NCBI GenBank assembly: GCA_963741205.1
Contig: CAVUHW010000030.1
Coordinates: 32,001 to 96,000, forward strand
DNA: 64,000 nucleotides
Reading direction: 5' to 3'
From: Nitrospirota bacterium
GTDB taxonomy: Bacteria > Nitrospirota > UBA9217
Shown one piece after another: positions 60,996 through 64,000 of the stretch. Numbering within the stretch: position 1 is the first letter of the stretch; each line of letters opens with the position of its first letter. The notes under the pieces are model-generated. The model ran no database searches. It worked only from the letters and a program-made list of their open reading frames with translations, and was not told the origin of the DNA. A program made the position numbers and the translations under genes.

Positions 60996-61514
60996 TTACT
61001 TTCGGGCCAGGCTTCTGTAAGCGGAAGGCGTCTGGCCGGTCAGCTTCTTGAAGATTCGGCCGAAACCGGTTGCATCGGCAAAACCCAGGGAGACGGCGAT
61101 TTCGGTTATACTCTGGGGGCTGCTGCAGAGAAGGTTCTTTGCCTTCGTGATTCTGCGGCTGTTGAGATACTCCTGATAGGACAAGCCCATCACCTTTCTG
61201 AATATTCTCGAAAAGTGGGATGGGGACATGCCGGCCTCCTTGGCAACGGCGTCGAGACGGATATCGTTCCGGTAGTTATTATTGATATAACGAGCGGCCT
61301 GCTGGATCTTGTGATACTGGCTGAGGGTGACGGTGGAAGGCGGCATTCCCGGCTGGACCGACGTCTCGGACCCGGGAAGGATGTTCTTTCTGAAGGGCTG
61401 CTTAAGGTAATTGCGAGCGCCGTTCCTGATTGCCTCGACCGCCGCCTCCTCGTCGCCGTGTGCCGTGACGACGAGAACGAGAACGGAGTGCGCAACGTCC
61501 TTACTTTCTTTCAT
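60996..61514 (-). CDS. AraC regulator, truncated paralog of 61782-62663
   Basis: Intact AraC HTH (MSPSHFSRIF, SITEIAVSLGF, TPSAYR); receiver domain partly deleted. Confidence 0.75.
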   Translation of the reverse strand: MKESKDVAHSVLVLVVTAHGDEEAAVEAIRNGARNYLKQPFRKNILPGSETSVQPGMPPSTVTLSQYHKIQQAARYINNNYRNDIRLDAVAKEAGMSPSHFSRIFRKVMGLSYQEYLNSRRITKAKNLLCSSPQSITEIAVSLGFADATGFGRIFKKLTGQTPSAYRSLARK

Positions 61515-61657
61515 GATGCAATATCCTCGATTTATATCATGACATCGACGCCGACATGTCGGGCAGCCGGAATGCTATGACCGCGAGATCAATGTCGCAG
61601 CGCATGCTTCACCTGTTCGATCGCACGGACAACTTGCCGTGACGAATCGGCAGGGTA

Positions 61658-61778
61658 CTGCTGCCTGCACTACCGTCATCGGGAAAGTCCGCAATGGGGT
61701 AACGCTAACAGAGATCGATTGTTCCTGTCTCGGCTTTTTATGACAGGCTCTCGGCTTTTTATGCTTTTTTGATAAAAG
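61658..61778 (-). repeat. Copy 3 of the triplicated element
   Basis: ctgtctcggctttttatgacaggctctcggctttttatgcttttttgataaaa. Confidence 0.85.
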
Positions 61779-61781
61779 AAA

Positions 61782-62663
61782 TCACTTTCGGGGCAGGCTT
61801 CTGTAGGCGGAAGGCGTCTGGCTGGTCAGCTTCTTGAAGATTCGGCCGAAGCCGGTTGGGTCGGCAAAACCGAGGGAGACGGCGATTTCGGTTACGCTCT
61901 GGGCGCTGGTGCGGAGAAGGTTCTTTGCCTTCGTGATTCTTCGGCTGTTGAGATAATCCTGATAGGACAAGCCCATCACCTTCTTGAATATTCTGGAAAA
62001 GTGGGCCGGGGACATTCTGGCCTCCCAGGCGACGGCGTCGTGGCTGATATCGGTTCGGTAGTTGTCGTTGATAAAACGAACGGCCTGCTGGATCTTATGG
62101 TACTGGCTGAGCGTGACGGCGGCATGTGGCATTCCCGGCTTGGCCGGCGTCTCGGACCCGGGAAGGATGTTCTTTCTGCGCTGTTTATCCGCGTGCCTGA
62201 GGGCGAGATAGAAGTCGATCTTCGTGGAAAGCTCGGATATGCTGAAGGGTTTCTTGAGGTAATCGCGGGCGCCGCTTCTAAATGCCTCGACCGCCACCTC
62301 CTCGTCGCCGTAAGCCGTGGCGATAAGAACGAGAACGGAGGGCTCGACGTCCTTGATCTCTTTCATGACGTCGATACCGGACATGTCTGGCAGTCGGTAT
62401 TCAATGACTGCGAGATCGATGTCGCTGCGCCGCTTCACCCGCTCGATCGCAGCCCCGCCGGTCTGGGTCGTAACGACTCGATAGGCGTCGGAAAGACTCT
62501 CGACATACCGATCGAGGAGAGTAGTATCTTCGTCAACGATCAATATCTGAGAAGGTACGGTGTTTTCCACGGCGGGCGGATGTGCCTTGTTTCCACCCTT
62601 CCGACGATGCTTCGTGTCAGGGTTTCCCGATGGTTTGTCAATCCTTTTTGTCATACAGCCCAC
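61782..62663 (-). CDS. Receiver + AraC response regulator (atypical, phospho-Asp replaced by Glu)
   Basis: ILIVDED, DLAVIEYRLPDMSG, ATAYG, YLKKP; C-terminal AraC HTH. Confidence 0.9.
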   Translation of the reverse strand: MGCMTKRIDKPSGNPDTKHRRKGGNKAHPPAVENTVPSQILIVDEDTTLLDRYVESLSDAYRVVTTQTGGAAIERVKRRSDIDLAVIEYRLPDMSGIDVMKEIKDVEPSVLVLIATAYGDEEVAVEAFRSGARDYLKKPFSISELSTKIDFYLALRHADKQRRKNILPGSETPAKPGMPHAAVTLSQYHKIQQAVRFINDNYRTDISHDAVAWEARMSPAHFSRIFKKVMGLSYQDYLNSRRITKAKNLLRTSAQSVTEIAVSLGFADPTGFGRIFKKLTSQTPSAYRSLPRK

Positions 62664-63299
62664 CCGTCTGTCCAGACTCCGCTATAGAATGGCCTCGGAG
62701 ATATGTTCGGAGTAACCCCTTCGACCTGGCGACGCTTGAGGATATCAACTTTTCCTCGGATGTATAGTTGTGCCGGTTCTTTCGGATGGGGTTTCCTCCG
62801 TTCGAGATAAGTTTATCTCAAATCGGCTGAAAGTCCAACTCTTGCTGAGCCAAAACAGACATAGCCCTGAGAATATTCCGCCCGCGTTTTCGTAAGAGTA
62901 GGATGCTCATAGTTTAAAGTTCAGAGTTAACCACGGTTGTTCTCCAAATGAAGAGAGCGTACTCTATTTTAGAGAATGGGGCAAGTGAAATTACGGGACC
63001 TGCAACAAAGAAGCTCGACGACAACAAAGAGGATGGTAGGTTAGCGAAGTAACCCGACGCATATGAAAGCAGCAGAATCTCTTCACAACAATTGCTTCTA
63101 AAGACGTAAGAAATCCCCACATTGGCTCAATAGCAAGAGTAATGAAACTAAGGTTCTATTGATTCCTGACGCGATTTGGCAAATAATAATAGTAGACACA
63201 TGCCGCTCGACAAGAGAATGACGTGAGCACCCGCTATGAGAGAGCATCAGAGTAGTGCTTTAGCTAAGTGATCAGTTGGCGGGAAGAGGAGGTATAAGG

Positions 63300-63830
63300 A
63301 TGAAAACATACAGAAGAGCAATCCACATCGCTGTGTACATGGTTTTGTTGGGGGCATGGGTAGTTTCGTGCGGAGGAGGTGGAGGCGGAGGGATGTATGG
63401 ATCAGCCCAACCTGCATCGAACCAACCTGCGCCAAAATTAAACACGGGGACCTTGAACGTATCGACTTTGAAGTCCAACGGATATTACTTCAACGTCCAT
63501 ACTGCCGCATTTCCGAACGGCGAGATACGGGGACAGATCCACGTAGATCCGGCAGCTACGGGAACAGTTACGATTACGACGCCCCTGTCTGGATCGGAGG
63601 AAGTGCCGCCTACGATGTCGGCAGGCACGGGTTCCGGAATGCTGACTGTGGACCTTGCAACGGGAACGGCCACGAACATATCGGTGACCTTTTCAGGACT
63701 GTCGGGAACGGCAACTCTGGCGCATATTCATGAAGCACCTGCCGGAGCAAACGGACCAATCGTCATACCCATCAGCCTCGGCAGCAGCCCAGCTCCGCCG
63801 GTAGCACCTACTACCATGCCAACCTATTAA
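63300..63830 (+). CDS. CHRD-domain lipoprotein
   Basis: Lipobox VVSC followed by poly-Gly; YFNVHT..PNGEIRGQI; LSGSEEVPP; AHIHEAP. Confidence 0.85.
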   Translation: MKTYRRAIHIAVYMVLLGAWVVSCGGGGGGGMYGSAQPASNQPAPKLNTGTLNVSTLKSNGYYFNVHTAAFPNGEIRGQIHVDPAATGTVTITTPLSGSEEVPPTMSAGTGSGMLTVDLATGTATNISVTFSGLSGTATLAHIHEAPAGANGPIVIPISLGSSPAPPVAPTTMPTY

Positions 63831-64000
63831 GCCTGGAGCCGGCGTCCCTTCGCGTGCGAAAAGACGTCGGCTTTTTGGAAGTCCACGGATCAGAATGGAG
63901 CCTTAGTCAAAAAGCATCATGTCTCCATTTTTTTCTGAGAGACTACCCACCCGTAGCGATGAATTTGAGGTTATGTGAAGAACCAGCCACTGTAATGTGC

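Noticed and set aside
60677-61778. Repeats considered as a CRISPR array
   Set aside because: The units are ~110 bp with irregular, gene-containing spacing, and there are no cas genes.
62700-63240. Lower-GC gap with short ORFs
   Set aside because: No motif, SD or repeat support for a gene call.

Overview
This is a bacterial chromosomal window, mostly GC-rich. Gene content and order suggest a Nitrospirota/Desulfobacterota-type anaerobe (inference). Many genes, including essential glyS, are broken by single-base indels, most likely long-read assembly errors, so genes were reconstructed across frames. From left to right it holds: ppdK and glyQS; a GH57 hydrolase; an FtsB-like gene; two unannotated Lys-rich micro-ORFs behind a wHTH-MNT/HEPN pair whose catalytic residues are missing; a DEAD-box helicase; a fadD-fadI-fadJ beta-oxidation operon; vapBC; ferredoxin, DUF2249, CBS and HD-GYP genes; an ACP/FabF + START/type III PKS/B12 radical SAM lipid cluster; an A2-type cytochrome c oxidase operon; a TIR protein; and pal. 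It then has a ~26 kb minus-strand locus joining an Agl/Glt-like (ExbB, 2x ExbD, TonB-like, TPR) motor to a multi-OmpA beta-barrel protein and a ~2800 aa DUF11-repeat adhesin, with a triplicated AraC/promoter module upstream. It ends with a circularly permuted CHRD lipoprotein. The best novelty candidates are the Agl/Glt-adhesin locus and the MNT/HEPN plus micropeptide locus.
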